From Gammaproteobacteria bacterium (GTDB taxonomy: Bacteria; Pseudomonadota; Gammaproteobacteria; QNFE01), in the NCBI GenBank assembly GCA_003645455.1, contig QNFE01000002.1, positions 10,428 through 74,427 on the forward strand: a stretch of DNA of 64,000 bases, in the 5' to 3' direction. A program made the position numbers and the translations under genes. A model generated the notes under the pieces. The model worked only from the letters and a program-made list of their open reading frames with translations. It searched no databases and was not told where the DNA came from. The number at the start of each line of letters is the position of its first letter. Positions within the stretch are counted from its first letter, which is position 1. Positions 51,901 to 62,290 of this stretch are shown here, piece after piece.

Positions 51901-51930
51901 AAATAAGCTCCAATTTGGAGCTTATTTTTT
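51901..51930 (+). terminator. Intrinsic terminator
   Basis: AAATAAGCTCCA / TGGAGCTTATTT stem plus T run. Confidence 0.7.
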
Positions 51931-52032
51931 GCAAAATTTATATTATTTTTCAAGTTTTACTTATAAAATATACAATAATTTTTTAGTTTTTATTGAAAAA
52001 TAAAATGTTATACTATGCTTGTTTTTATTTTA

Positions 52033-52191
52033 GAGGCCTTTGCATAAATCAAGTGCTGTTTATAGAATACAGAAAATAGCACATTTTTATAGCAAAAATG
52101 AGGAATATGGCAATTCCCTTTGACGAATTTTTGCTATAAAAAGGTGCATTTTGTGTTTTTATAAATTGTGCTTGATTTATGCAAAGGTCTC
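52033..52191. mobile_element. MITE, long form (159 bp), immediately upstream of cbbM
   Basis: GAGGCCTTTGCATAA...TTATGCAAAGGTCTC; flanks TTTTA/TATTA. Confidence 0.88.
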
Positions 52192-52215
52192 TATTATTTT
52201 TTTGGAGATACAATT

Positions 52216-53607
52216 ATGGCATTATTAGACCAAACTAGCCGTTATGCGGCTTTGGATTTGAATGAGAAAGATTTGTTAGACGGTGGTAAACATGTTTTAT
52301 GTGCTTATCTTATGAAACCCAAAGAAGGATATGGTGATTTTTTATCAGTTGCCTCGCACTTTGCAGCCGAATCCTCAACAGGCACAAATGTAGAAATATC
52401 AACCACAGATGACTTTACCAAAGGTGTCGATGCATTAGTGTATGAAATTGACGAGGCAAAAGAGATTATGAAAATTGCCTATCCTATTGATTTATTTGAC
52501 CGCAACATTACGGATGGTAGAGCAATGTTGGTATCATTTTTAACTCTTGCTATTGGTAATAATCAAGGTATGGGAGACATTGCATACTCAAAGATGTTAG
52601 ATTTTTATGTGCCACCTAATTATTTAAGACTATTTGACGGTCCTGCCAAAGATATATCAGATTTATGGCGTGTTTTAGGTCGCCCTGAGGTTGATGGTGG
52701 TTATATATCAGGCACAATTATTAAACCAAAATTAGGTTTGCGTCCTGAACCTTTTGCTAGTGCTGCTTATCAATTTTGGCTCGGTGGCGATTTTATTAAA
52801 AATGACGAACCACAAGGCAACCAAGTATTTGCCCCGATGCAAAAAGTTATTCCGTTGGTAGTTGATGCTATGAAACGTGCTCAGGATGAAACAGGTGAGG
52901 CTAAATTATTTTCAGCCAACATCACAGCAGATGATCATTATGAAATGTTAGCCCGTGGTGAGTTTATTTTAAATGCGTTTGGTGAATTTGCCCCTCATGT
53001 AGCGTTTTTGGTGGATGGTTATGTCGGCGGACCTGGAATGGTGACAACTGCGAGACGTAATTTTGCTAATCAATATTTGCATTATCATCGAGCAGGACAC
53101 GGTGCGGTAACCAGCCCACAAGCTAAAAGAGGTTATACAGCTTTTGTATTGGCAAAAATGTCAAGACTACAAGGTGCCTCTGGTATTCATGTTGGCACTA
53201 TGGGTTATGGCAAGATGGAAGGTGAAAAAGATGACAAAAATATCGCTTATATGATTGAACGCGATAGTGCTGATGGTCCTTTTTATCACCAAGAGTGGTA
53301 TGGTATGAAACCAACCACTCCAATTATTTCAGGCGGTATGAATGCTCTAAGACTGCCAGGATTTTTTGAAAACTTAGGTCATGCAAACCTTATCAATACC
53401 GCAGGTGGTGGCTCATATGGGCATATTGATAGTCCGGCGGCAGGTGCGATATCACTCAGGCAAGCATATGAATGTTGGCAGGCAGGAGCAGATCCGATTG
53501 AATGGGCAAAAGAGCATCAAGAATTTGCTCGTGCTTTTGAGTCATTCCCGCATGATGCAGATGATATATTCCCAGGCTGGCGTGATAAACTTGGTGTTCA
53601 TAAATAA
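52216..53607 (+). CDS. cbbM: Form II RuBisCO
   Basis: [37 protein letters not shown]; GGAG RBS before ATG 52216. Confidence 0.97.
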   Translation: MALLDQTSRYAALDLNEKDLLDGGKHVLCAYLMKPKEGYGDFLSVASHFAAESSTGTNVEISTTDDFTKGVDALVYEIDEAKEIMKIAYPIDLFDRNITDGRAMLVSFLTLAIGNNQGMGDIAYSKMLDFYVPPNYLRLFDGPAKDISDLWRVLGRPEVDGGYISGTIIKPKLGLRPEPFASAAYQFWLGGDFIKNDEPQGNQVFAPMQKVIPLVVDAMKRAQDETGEAKLFSANITADDHYEMLARGEFILNAFGEFAPHVAFLVDGYVGGPGMVTTARRNFANQYLHYHRAGHGAVTSPQAKRGYTAFVLAKMSRLQGASGIHVGTMGYGKMEGEKDDKNIAYMIERDSADGPFYHQEWYGMKPTTPIISGGMNALRLPGFFENLGHANLINTAGGGSYGHIDSPAAGAISLRQAYECWQAGADPIEWAKEHQEFARAFESFPHDADDIFPGWRDKLGVHK

Positions 53608-53624
53608 GAGTTTTTTCATCAAAC

Positions 53625-53655
53625 AAAAAGGCAGATTTTAAATCTGCCTTTTTTT
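53625..53655 (+). terminator. Intrinsic terminator after cbbM
   Basis: AAAAAGGCAGATTT / AAATCTGCCTTTTTTT. Confidence 0.8.
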
Positions 53656-53822
53656 GGTATTGTTGTACCTGTCCCCATTTATGTCTTTTGTCTTAAATAT
53701 TATTTGAATAAAATGGCATGTCTCCTTAATTTGTGATTTAAAACTTGCAAAAACATGATTTTTTTATTATTATATTGAGTTGAAACTTATTGGTAGAATA
53801 TTTTATGTCTATACAAGGACTA

Positions 53823-53844
53823 ACAAGGAGGCATGCCTCCTTGT
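53823..53844. repeat. Perfect 22-bp palindrome related to 34736-34755
   Basis: ACAAGGAGGCATGCCTCCTTGT. Confidence 0.75.
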
Positions 53845-53928
53845 CAAGGTAGCGATGTTTATTGTTGCCAGTTTAATAAGTATCTTGTTAATAAGTTTTT
53901 TTTAAATCTTTTTGGAGAAAATCTAATT

Positions 53929-54999
53929 ATGAAAAAAAGTATAACATCAATTTTTATAGCATTTTTGCTATTTTCTAGCCATTCGGCATTCGCCGCCCAA
54001 AAAACTGTTAAATGGAAGCTTGCGATGACATGGCCTAGCACTCTAACTCCACTTGCCTCACCTGCTAATAAAGTTGGTAAATTAGTCTCTGCTATGACAG
54101 GTGGCAAATTTACGATCAAAGCCGATGGCAAAGAAAAACATAAAGCAGCCTTGGGTATTTTGGATATGGTCAAGGGCGGACAATATCAAATGGGACACAG
54201 TGGCTCGTATTATTGGAAAGGCAAAGATATCAATACCGTTTGGTTTACAACTGTGCCGTTTGGAATGACTCAGTCCGAGCAATATGCCTGGTTTTATTAT
54301 GGCGATGGTATAAAATACATGAATCAAGTCTATGATAAATTTGGAGTTCTAAACTTCCCAGGTGGTAATACTGGTGTACAAATGGGTGGTTGGTTTAAAA
54401 AAGAAATAAACTCTGTGGCTGACTTAAAAGGTTTGAAGATGAGAATCCCAGGTTTGGCAGGCGAGGTTATGGCAAAGCTTGGTGTTAATGTAACTAATAT
54501 TCCAGCAGGTGAATTATATACCTCTCTTGATCGTGGTGCGATTGATGCATTGGAGTGGGTCGGCCCTGGCATGGATATAAAAATGGGCTTTCATAAAGTT
54601 GCCCCTTTTTATTACACCGGTTGGCATGAACCTGCATCTGAGATGCAATTTATGGTAAATAAAAAAGCGTTTGATAAACTGCCAAAAGAATATCAAGCGA
54701 TTTTAATCACTGCTATGAAAGCAGTTGCCTCAGATATGTATTATGAAAATTTTGCCGCATCTGCGAATGCTTGGGCGAAAATGAAAACCGATTTTCCAAA
54801 AATCAAAGTTAAAACATTTCCGGCACCAGTTGTGCAAGCGATGAAAAAAGCAACCGATGATATTTTTGCAAAATATGCAGGTGAGAATAAACTTTTTAAA
54901 GAGATTTATGACAACCAACAAGCATTTATGAAAAAAGCCCGTGCTTGGAGCATAATGAGCCAGTTTCATTATATCAAAACATCTGAAATGGTGAAGTAA
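53929..54999 (+). CDS. dctP: TRAP transporter substrate-binding protein (TakP/DctP type)
   Basis: Signal peptide, YYWKGK, GNTGVQMGGWF.KEI, GLKMRIPG, YY.GWHEP. Confidence 0.9.
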   Translation: MKKSITSIFIAFLLFSSHSAFAAQKTVKWKLAMTWPSTLTPLASPANKVGKLVSAMTGGKFTIKADGKEKHKAALGILDMVKGGQYQMGHSGSYYWKGKDINTVWFTTVPFGMTQSEQYAWFYYGDGIKYMNQVYDKFGVLNFPGGNTGVQMGGWFKKEINSVADLKGLKMRIPGLAGEVMAKLGVNVTNIPAGELYTSLDRGAIDALEWVGPGMDIKMGFHKVAPFYYTGWHEPASEMQFMVNKKAFDKLPKEYQAILITAMKAVASDMYYENFAASANAWAKMKTDFPKIKVKTFPAPVVQAMKKATDDIFAKYAGENKLFKEIYDNQQAFMKKARAWSIMSQFHYIKTSEMVK

Positions 55000-55024
55000 G
55001 AAATATATAAAAAGTCTTATAGAT

Positions 55025-55060
55025 TAAGGGGCAAAAAATTATTTTGCCCCTTATTTTTAC
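55025..55060 (+). terminator. Hairpin or terminator after the TRAP binding protein gene
   Basis: TAAGGGGCAAAA / TTTTGCCCCTTA followed by a T run. Confidence 0.7.
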
Positions 55061-55373
55061 AACAAAAATTAACTGCAAATTATTAAAAATTATATGCCTC
55101 ATCAGCAAATAAAATTATTTTTACGAAAATAATTAAATAACCAGTATATAGTGGTGGTAAGTTGTTGCTTGCAACCAGTGCTTTATTGATGAGACTATGT
55201 TTTTACCAACACCCAAAGTGACAGTTACATCACCTTCTTTAAAAATATTTGGATTTTTCAAAAATGGCATTTATCCCTTTACTAACCCTGCCATATCTTA
55301 AAGCAAACGAGTCATGGCGACCAAGCAAACATTTGTTTTTTTGATTGTTAATAATAGTTGCAAATAATAATAA

Positions 55374-55416
55374 GAGACCTTTGCATAATTCAAGCACAAT
55401 TTATAACAACAATAAA
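55374..55416. mobile_element. Solo MITE end
   Basis: GAGACCTTTGCATAATTCAAGCACAATTTATAACAACAATAAA, identical to the start of the copy at 22679. Confidence 0.85.
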
Positions 55417-55431
55417 CTCATTGGGGATTTT

Positions 55432-56517
55432 CTACAAAACCGAGACAGGATATGAGCCGATTATTTTAAACATTGTCGATTGAGTTTTTAATATATCAAG
55501 GGCAGTTTTGACATTTTTGTCTTCTTGATGTCCTTTGATGTCAATAAAAAATAAATACTGCCAGAGGCTGGATTTTAAGGGACGTGATTCTATTCTAGTC
55601 ATATCTACATTATTGGCGTGTAGCGGTTGCAGCAGTTTATATAATGCACCAGCTTCGTGTTTGGTGGCAAGTAGGATTGAGGTTTTGTCGTTGTTTGAGG
55701 GGGCTACTTTTTGTTTGCCGATTATTAAAAATCTGGTTGTATTGTTGCTGTTGTCCTCGATGTTTGAGTTCATAATTTGCAGGTTATAAATATCGGCGGC
55801 GGTTTTTGAGGTTATGGCGGCGGTATTTGGCTCTGCACTTGCTTTTTTGGCAGCGATTGAGTTGGATGAGACGGTAAATTTTTCAATGTTGGGATAAAAT
55901 TCTTCTAACCAAGCACGACATTGGGCAAAACTTTGTTGGTGAGAATAAATTTTGGTTATTTTTTGTTGTTGTTTGTTATTTTTTGCGGTGGCAAAATTAT
56001 GTTCCACTCGCACTGTAACCTCTGATATAATTTGCACCTGGGATTCGACAAAAGAATCTAATGTATGAGTGACAACTCCTTCGGTAGAGTTTTCAATCGG
56101 CACGACACCATAATTAATGTTATCAACTGCCACGGCAGCAAAAACGGCATTGATTGAATTATAAGCATGAGTTATACCGGCATGCCCGAAATGTTTAATA
56201 GCAGCAGCATGAGTAAATGTGCCAACAGGACCTAAAAAACCTATCTGCATCGGTTGCTCTAATGCCAGACAGACACTCATTATTTCGCGAAATAAAATCC
56301 GCACTGATTCGTCTGATAATGGCCCAGCATTTAACTTACTAATTTTGTCAAGCACCATCGCTTCGCGTTCGGGGCGATAAAAATTGTTGTTTTTGGTTTT
56401 GGTTTTTATATCTGCTACAATTTGGGCTATTTTTGCTCGTTGATTTAAAAGATGCAAAATGTTCTTATCAATTTTGTCAATCTCTTGACGGACTTTTAGC
56501 AGAGAATCTTGGCTCAT
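55432..56517 (-). CDS. pheA: Chorismate mutase/prephenate dehydratase (P-protein)
   Basis: R.EID.ID, YRPERE, LGP.GTF, PIENSTEG, NTTRF, ESRP. Confidence 0.95.
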   Translation of the reverse strand: MSQDSLLKVRQEIDKIDKNILHLLNQRAKIAQIVADIKTKTKNNNFYRPEREAMVLDKISKLNAGPLSDESVRILFREIMSVCLALEQPMQIGFLGPVGTFTHAAAIKHFGHAGITHAYNSINAVFAAVAVDNINYGVVPIENSTEGVVTHTLDSFVESQVQIISEVTVRVEHNFATAKNNKQQQKITKIYSHQQSFAQCRAWLEEFYPNIEKFTVSSNSIAAKKASAEPNTAAITSKTAADIYNLQIMNSNIEDNSNNTTRFLIIGKQKVAPSNNDKTSILLATKHEAGALYKLLQPLHANNVDMTRIESRPLKSSLWQYLFFIDIKGHQEDKNVKTALDILKTQSTMFKIIGSYPVSVL

Positions 56518-56588
56518 TTTATAATAATATAGTTAAAATTGATAATTATACATAAAAGAGAATTTATAAATTGGTAAAATATGCCTCT

Positions 56589-57227
56589 ATGGATAAAATA
56601 AATTTTCAATTAGAGGTAAAAAATCTATCTTGCATAAGATCCGACAAACTATTATTTAAAAATTTATCATTTGTCGTCCGAAATTATAATTTATTAGAAA
56701 TTACAGGTAAAAATGGCTCTGGCAAAACTTCGCTTTTAAAGATCTTATCTGCTTTGCGGTTGCCTGATGAGGGGGAGATTATATTTAACGGACAAAATAT
56801 CAATACAATGACTTATGAATATTATTCTTATGTTTCTTTTTTGGGGCATCATAATGCGATTAAAAATGATTTAACTGCGATTGAGAATCTATCTATAAGT
56901 TGTGCTTTGAGTTCTTCGGTTGATAAAGAGAACGATAAAGATATAAATTCTGTTTTAACAAAAGTTGAATTACTTTATCATAAAGATGATTTGGTTGGCA
57001 CATTTTCCGCTGGCATGAAAAGACGGCTTAGTATTGCAAAATTATTATTATTAAAAAATCCATTGTGGATTTTAGACGAGCCTTATACTTCTGTTGATTT
57101 ATCTGGAATTGATTTGATTGAGAGTTTTATCACCTCTCACTTAAAACAAGGTGGGGCAGTTGTTATGACATCTCATCATCCTTTAAAAATTGATAAAAAA
57201 TATATTAAAAACCTTCATATAAAATAA
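56589..57227 (+). CDS. ccmA: Heme ABC exporter ATP-binding protein CcmA
   Basis: GKNGSGKT, SAGMKRR, WILDEP, TSHH. Confidence 0.92.
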   Translation: MDKINFQLEVKNLSCIRSDKLLFKNLSFVVRNYNLLEITGKNGSGKTSLLKILSALRLPDEGEIIFNGQNINTMTYEYYSYVSFLGHHNAIKNDLTAIENLSISCALSSSVDKENDKDINSVLTKVELLYHKDDLVGTFSAGMKRRLSIAKLLLLKNPLWILDEPYTSVDLSGIDLIESFITSHLKQGGAVVMTSHHPLKIDKKYIKNLHIK

Positions 57228-57234
57228 AAATAAA

Positions 57235-57903
57235 ATGAAAGTATTTATCGCTATTATAAAACGAGATTTATTATTATTATCAAGAAAACCTGCGGATTTT
57301 TATAACCCTCCGTTGTTTTTTGTTTTGGTAATTATTCTATATCCTTTTGCTTTGGGAGCAGATAGCGAGATTTTAAAAATAGGTGCAGCAGGCTTGGTTT
57401 GGATATCGGCTTTGCTCGCATCAATACTGTCGCTTGATAATATTTTTAAAGCAGATTATGGCGACGGCACATTAGAAGAAATGGTGTTAAGCCCTCATCC
57501 TTTGGTGATTATAAGTTTGGCGAAGGTTGTTGTATATTGGTTTTTTACAGGATTGCCTTTATTATTATTGTCACCTATTTTAGGGTTGATGATGGGTCTG
57601 CCATCTGAGGGGATTTGGATATTAATGTTAAGTTTATTGCTTGGCACACCAGTTTTGAGCCTTATTGGTGCAATCGGAGCCGCTTTAACTGTGGGGCTAA
57701 AAAATGGCGGAGTTATTTTGTCTTTGTTGGTTTTGCCTTTGTATATTCCAGTATTAATCTTTGGCAGTAGTGCTGTTAATAACTCTATCGCAGGATTGGA
57801 TGTTATGGGCTCGATTTATATTTTATCTGCTTTTTTTACCCTCTCTCTTGTGCTGGCACCTCTTGCCATTGCTGCCTCGTTAAAACTCAGTATTAGCAAT
57901 TAA
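57235..57903 (+). CDS. ccmB: Heme exporter permease CcmB
   Basis: F..DY.DGTLE, LLVLPLYIPVLIFG. Confidence 0.93.
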   Translation: MKVFIAIIKRDLLLLSRKPADFYNPPLFFVLVIILYPFALGADSEILKIGAAGLVWISALLASILSLDNIFKADYGDGTLEEMVLSPHPLVIISLAKVVVYWFFTGLPLLLLSPILGLMMGLPSEGIWILMLSLLLGTPVLSLIGAIGAALTVGLKNGGVILSLLVLPLYIPVLIFGSSAVNNSIAGLDVMGSIYILSAFFTLSLVLAPLAIAASLKLSISN

Positions 57904-57964
57904 AAAATACCTATCCATAATAGGTAAAATTCTATGGCAACTCCTCTTTCTCTTGGTATGATTT

Positions 57965-58528
57965 TTATTTATATTGTTTTAATTTATGTTGTAAAGCTTG
58001 ATTAGCACGAGAGAGATGGGTCATAACAGATCCTTGGGAGATATTCATAATTATCGCTGTATCTGCTGTTGAGTGCCCCTCAATAATTCGCAAAGAAAAT
58101 GCCTCTTGTTGTCTCATAGGTAAGTTATTTATCTCTTGTTTTAGTGCCTCTCTGAACTCTTCGTCGCTTGATACTCGATCTGGTTGCAAACATTCTTTAT
58201 CTTCTTTTTGTTCTATAATTGCAGTAGGATCTGCATTATGATTATCTTTATTTTTATCAGGGGTTGTTTGCACCCACCCTAACAGAGTTGTTTTTAATTT
58301 TTCTCGACGTTTGTAGTCGTGCATATTATTTAATAAGATTCTATATATCAAAGGACGCCATTGGTCTTGTGGTTTTTTGTCATATCTTTTTTCTATCCAT
58401 TTTAAGATTGCATCTTGCACCGAATCTGATGATTGTTGTTCATCTTTTAGATATTTTAGAGCATAAAAATATAAATTTTTGCTAATATGATTTATAAAAT
58501 TATCAATTTCTATTCTTTTATTGTTCAA
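57965..58528 (-). CDS. ECF sigma-70 factor
   Basis: D.VQDA, W....YRIL.N...D..RR, LP.RQQEAF.LR, S.GSV.THLSRA. Confidence 0.88.
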   Translation of the reverse strand: MNNKRIEIDNFINHISKNLYFYALKYLKDEQQSSDSVQDAILKWIEKRYDKKPQDQWRPLIYRILLNNMHDYKRREKLKTTLLGWVQTTPDKNKDNHNADPTAIIEQKEDKECLQPDRVSSDEEFREALKQEINNLPMRQQEAFSLRIIEGHSTADTAIIMNISQGSVMTHLSRANQALQHKLKQYK

Positions 58529-58557
58529 ATTTAACTCTTTTTAATGTGATATCTCAG

Positions 58558-58606
58558 ATGCATTTTATTGTTGTGATAAAACATGCTTGATTTATGCAAA
58601 AGCTTC
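58558..58606. mobile_element. Degenerate solo MITE end overlapping the gltX 3' end
   Basis: Minus strand GAAGCTTTTGCATAAATCAAGCATGTTTTATCACAACAATAAAATGCATC resembles the MITE end. Confidence 0.65.
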
Positions 58607-59992
58607 AATATATTTTATAGCATTTTTTATTCTTTTTATTGTTGTTTGTTTGCCAAGAATATATGCAACTATTTCTATGCTCGGTGAAAAAGATCCGCCA
58701 GTTAGTGCAGCTCGCAAAGGCATGCCAAGATGAGGCATTTTAATTTTTAAATCATCAAGGGTTATCTGGATTTGTGTTTTTATCTCATCTTTTTGAAAAT
58801 TATCAATATTATTTATATTTTTAATAAAACATTCGAGAGGCTCAATGGCATCTCTATTAAAGTTTTTTTTGGCAGCTTTTTCATCATATTTGTTAAAATC
58901 TTTATAATAATTTTTACACATAAGTGCCATCTCAACCAAGGTTTTAGCACGTGGTTGAAAGGCTTCAATTAAAAACAAAAATTTTTCATCTATTGTGGCT
59001 TTAATGTTATGTTTTTCTAAAAATTGTAATAATTTATCTGCTATTTCTTGTTTGTCTGTTTTTTGAATATGTTGTTGATTAAGCCATAATAGTTTAGCAG
59101 GGTCAAATATGGCAGCTGATTTATTAACATTTTTTAGATTAAAAATTTTAAAAAAATCATCAGGCATAAAAAATTCTAAATCATTGTGAGACCAGCCTAA
59201 TCTTGCCAGATAATTGATAAGAGCGGAAGGCAAAAAACCGTCATCAAGATATTGCAAAACACTTGATGCTCCGTGTCTTTTTGATAACCTTTTGCCATCT
59301 TCGCCAAGAATCATCGGTAAATGGGCAAATTTAGGAATATTGGCACCCAAAGATTTATAAATATTTATTTGTTTGGGAGTATTACTTAAATGATCGTCTC
59401 CTCTTATAACATGAGAGATTTTCATAGTTATATCATCAACCACGACACACAAATTATAGGTAGGCGTGCCGTCAGAACGAGCAATAATAAAATCGTCTAA
59501 TTGTGAATTTTCAATTATTATTTTACCCTTAATTAAGTCATCAAACTCTACTCTACCATCTTGTGGGTTCTTAAAGCGGACTACAAATGGTAGGTTTTTA
59601 TCTTCTTTATTATAACGACATTTGCCGTCATACTTATATGTTTTTTTTTCTTTCTTTTTTGTTATTTTTAAATCCTCTAATCTTTGTTTGTTACAATAAC
59701 ATTTATAAGCATTGCCTGATTTTAATAATGTGTCGATAATTTCTTGATATTTTTTGGTATTTTGTGATTGCAAAACTATGGGCTCATCTGATTGCATTGA
59801 TAACCTATCCATAGCAGAGGTTATGATGGTGGTGGATTCTTTTGTCGAGCGAGATATGTCGGTATCTTCTATTCTTATTACAAATAAACCGTTATTTTTT
59901 TTGGCAAAAGCATAGTTAAATAAAGCGGTGCGAACTCCACCTATGTGCAGATCTCCTGTGGGACTGGGGGCAAAACGAGTTTTAATTTTCAT
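58592..59992 (-). CDS. gltX: Glutamate-tRNA ligase
   Basis: RFAPSPTG.LHIGG, RGDDHL, LSKRHG. Confidence 0.96.
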   Translation of the reverse strand: MKIKTRFAPSPTGDLHIGGVRTALFNYAFAKKNNGLFVIRIEDTDISRSTKESTTIITSAMDRLSMQSDEPIVLQSQNTKKYQEIIDTLLKSGNAYKCYCNKQRLEDLKITKKKEKKTYKYDGKCRYNKEDKNLPFVVRFKNPQDGRVEFDDLIKGKIIIENSQLDDFIIARSDGTPTYNLCVVVDDITMKISHVIRGDDHLSNTPKQINIYKSLGANIPKFAHLPMILGEDGKRLSKRHGASSVLQYLDDGFLPSALINYLARLGWSHNDLEFFMPDDFFKIFNLKNVNKSAAIFDPAKLLWLNQQHIQKTDKQEIADKLLQFLEKHNIKATIDEKFLFLIEAFQPRAKTLVEMALMCKNYYKDFNKYDEKAAKKNFNRDAIEPLECFIKNINNIDNFQKDEIKTQIQITLDDLKIKMPHLGMPLRAALTGGSFSPSIEIVAYILGKQTTIKRIKNAIKYIEAFA

Positions 59993-60080
59993 GCTTCATA
60001 TTATAAACAAAATTTTATCTAAAATATTTGTTATTTTTTTTCGACAGGATTGTGATATTTTATTTTGCTCTCAACTAATA

Positions 60081-61850
60081 TTATTTACTGCGAGTTTTTT
60101 CGATTCTACTCTGTATTATTAACAATCTTTGTTTGTTGGTTGTGATTGTAAGTAATTTTTTATAAATATTATTTGCATCTGTTATAAATTTGGTGCGAGT
60201 AAGAGATTCGGCAGCATTAAAACGTGCGGTTTGCCCCCACTGATCGGCACCGCTCTTATCTATTTGATAAGCAGATTGTAAATAATGATAGGCTGCATTT
60301 TCATACTTACCTAATCCATCATATGATTCTGCTTGCCAAAATAGAATTTCTCTTATTCGCATCACACTGATATCTCTTTGCTTGATTTTATCAAATAGCA
60401 ATATAACCTCTTTATGTTGCTTTAAGGCTTGTAGGTCAAAAATTACCTGACTAATTTGATCCATTTGTTGGTCATCATAGGATATATTGTTATCCAAAAT
60501 ATTATTAACAGTTTTTATGGCAGGTTTAATTTTACCTACTTGAATTAATATTTTTGCTTTGGTGATATGCCATATATACTCGTCCTTATCTGATGGTGCA
60601 TCATAGGTTTGCTCTATAATATCTGCTACTTGTTGAGTTTTTTTATCTTGCATTAGTTGTTCAATCAATTCATATTTAATATTTTGAGGAATAGTTTTTA
60701 TATCAAAAAAAGATGACTGTAAAAATAAAAAATTAAGTTGTGTGGGACAATTTTCCGTTTGTTTGCATAGGGCAAAAAAAGAATCAGATAATTTATTTTG
60801 AGTGTTTCTATTTTCTGCTTGTGCCCACAAAAAAACTATTAAGGATAAGCTGGCATAAGGTCTTGGGTCTTCTAATTCTAATGAAAGCTGATGTATTTTA
60901 CTTGATTGCTGAGGATGAATGTTGTTGTTTTTAACAATAAATTTTCCATAATCATAGTATGCTTGCCATAAATCATCTGCTGAAAATGGCAATATATGGG
61001 AATATTTTTCATTTATTTTAGGATATAGTTCTGCCGCTTGCATAGTTGTTAAAAGATTTTGTCGAGGTTTGTTTGTTTTTTGTGCAATCTTAGACAAAAT
61101 AAGATAATACTGATATTTTGTTTGGTTTGATGGGTCTTCGTTTTGTAGTTTTGATACAATTTCTCTATTTACTTTGTTTATATTTTTACGGTTTTGTAAT
61201 TTGGTGAGGGCAAAGATTATTTGTAGATTGCTATTGTTTGTATTTTTAATGTTTATCTTTCTATATTGTTTTGTTTGATAATAAATACTTTGTTGCAACT
61301 CATAAAAATCATCTGATTTATCAGTATAATTTTTTTGATATCGTTTCATAGTTTTTAATGCTAATCTATTATAGCCATTTTTTGCATAGGATTGAATTAA
61401 ATATTTTTGCCATATTTTACGATATTTTGTGGCAGGTCTTATGGCATTTTTCGATAGTATTTCGATGTATTTTTGGGCTTTTTTGTATCTTCCTAACATC
61501 ATTAGCAGGGTTGCTATTTTAGTTTTTAAGTAGTGTTTTTGTGGATTATTTAAGAATTGTGATGATTTTTTTGATAATTTTTGCAAACTATCAAACCCTT
61601 GTTGATACAATTTATGATGGCTTATTATTTCAAGTTGTTGCTCTAAATTTATTGAATATTCTTCGCTACCTGCTAAGATATTTTTTTGCTGTATATTTAA
61701 AATTTTTAAGGCTAATTTTGGCGCCCCCCATGTGGAAAGTTGCTCTATGTTTGTCAGAGCATAAAGATTAGTGCTCCCAAAATACAAAAGCATTACAAAT
61801 AAAAAATAGGGTATTTTGTTATAAGTTGATGAGGACAACATCTTGGCCAA
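60081..61850 (-). CDS. Exported TPR-like hypothetical protein
   Basis: N-terminal hydrophobic signal; helical repeats (FWQAESY..LG.YE.AA..YL.SA). Confidence 0.6.
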   Translation of the reverse strand: MAKMLSSSTYNKIPYFLFVMLLYFGSTNLYALTNIEQLSTWGAPKLALKILNIQQKNILAGSEEYSINLEQQLEIISHHKLYQQGFDSLQKLSKKSSQFLNNPQKHYLKTKIATLLMMLGRYKKAQKYIEILSKNAIRPATKYRKIWQKYLIQSYAKNGYNRLALKTMKRYQKNYTDKSDDFYELQQSIYYQTKQYRKINIKNTNNSNLQIIFALTKLQNRKNINKVNREIVSKLQNEDPSNQTKYQYYLILSKIAQKTNKPRQNLLTTMQAAELYPKINEKYSHILPFSADDLWQAYYDYGKFIVKNNNIHPQQSSKIHQLSLELEDPRPYASLSLIVFLWAQAENRNTQNKLSDSFFALCKQTENCPTQLNFLFLQSSFFDIKTIPQNIKYELIEQLMQDKKTQQVADIIEQTYDAPSDKDEYIWHITKAKILIQVGKIKPAIKTVNNILDNNISYDDQQMDQISQVIFDLQALKQHKEVILLFDKIKQRDISVMRIREILFWQAESYDGLGKYENAAYHYLQSAYQIDKSGADQWGQTARFNAAESLTRTKFITDANNIYKKLLTITTNKQRLLIIQSRIEKTRSK

Positions 61851-61864
61851 ACACCCTGTGAATT

Positions 61865-62209
61865 TTACAATTTTTCTTTAATACGAGCACTCTTGCCAGC
61901 TCTGGTGCGAAGATAGTATAATTTTGCACGACGAACCTTACCTGATCTTTTAACTGATATTTTGTCAATGATGGGAGAGTGGGTTTGAAAGACTCGCTCA
62001 ACTCCCTCACCGTTAGATATTTTTCTGACTGTAAAGGCAGAATTTATACCACGATTTTTAATAGCAATTACAACACCTTCGTAGGTTTGCAATCGTAGGC
62101 GGTCTCCCTCTTTGACTTTAACATCAACCACAACTGTATCACCTGCATAAAATTTCGGAACATCTGTTTTTAATTGTGATTTTTCAAAATCTTGTAAAAC
62201 TGCATTCAT
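61865..62209 (-). CDS. rplS: 50S ribosomal protein L19
   Basis: [21 protein letters not shown]. Confidence 0.97.
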   Translation of the reverse strand: MNAVLQDFEKSQLKTDVPKFYAGDTVVVDVKVKEGDRLRLQTYEGVVIAIKNRGINSAFTVRKISNGEGVERVFQTHSPIIDKISVKRSGKVRRAKLYYLRTRAGKSARIKEKL

Positions 62210-62245
62210 TCTTTTCTCCTTGATTAAACATTAAACTGTTAAATT

Positions 62246-62287
62246 GATATTTTGGCATAAATCAAGCACAATTTATGCGAATATCTC
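62246..62287. mobile_element. Collapsed mini-MITE (42 bp) between trmD and rplS
   Basis: GATATTTTGGCATAAATCAAGCACAATTTATGCGAATATCTC flanked by a perfect AAATT duplication. Confidence 0.7.
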
Positions 62288-62290
62288 AAA

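Noticed and set aside
52168-52215. N-terminal extensions of cbbM, and likewise tusA, rpsT, dctP, iorA, rpsP and trmD, in the ORF track
   Set aside because: Downstream ATGs match family N-termini, several with a clear RBS; the extensions run through MITE or intergenic DNA
55090-55200. CTGATGA-containing segment as a hammerhead ribozyme or fluoride riboswitch
   Set aside because: The required stems and conserved partner motifs could not be found
55255-55330. Possible RAYT transposase 3' remnant with REP-like AAATGGCAT..CCCTTT (similar motif near 53711)
   Set aside because: Similarity too short and degenerate to support without a search
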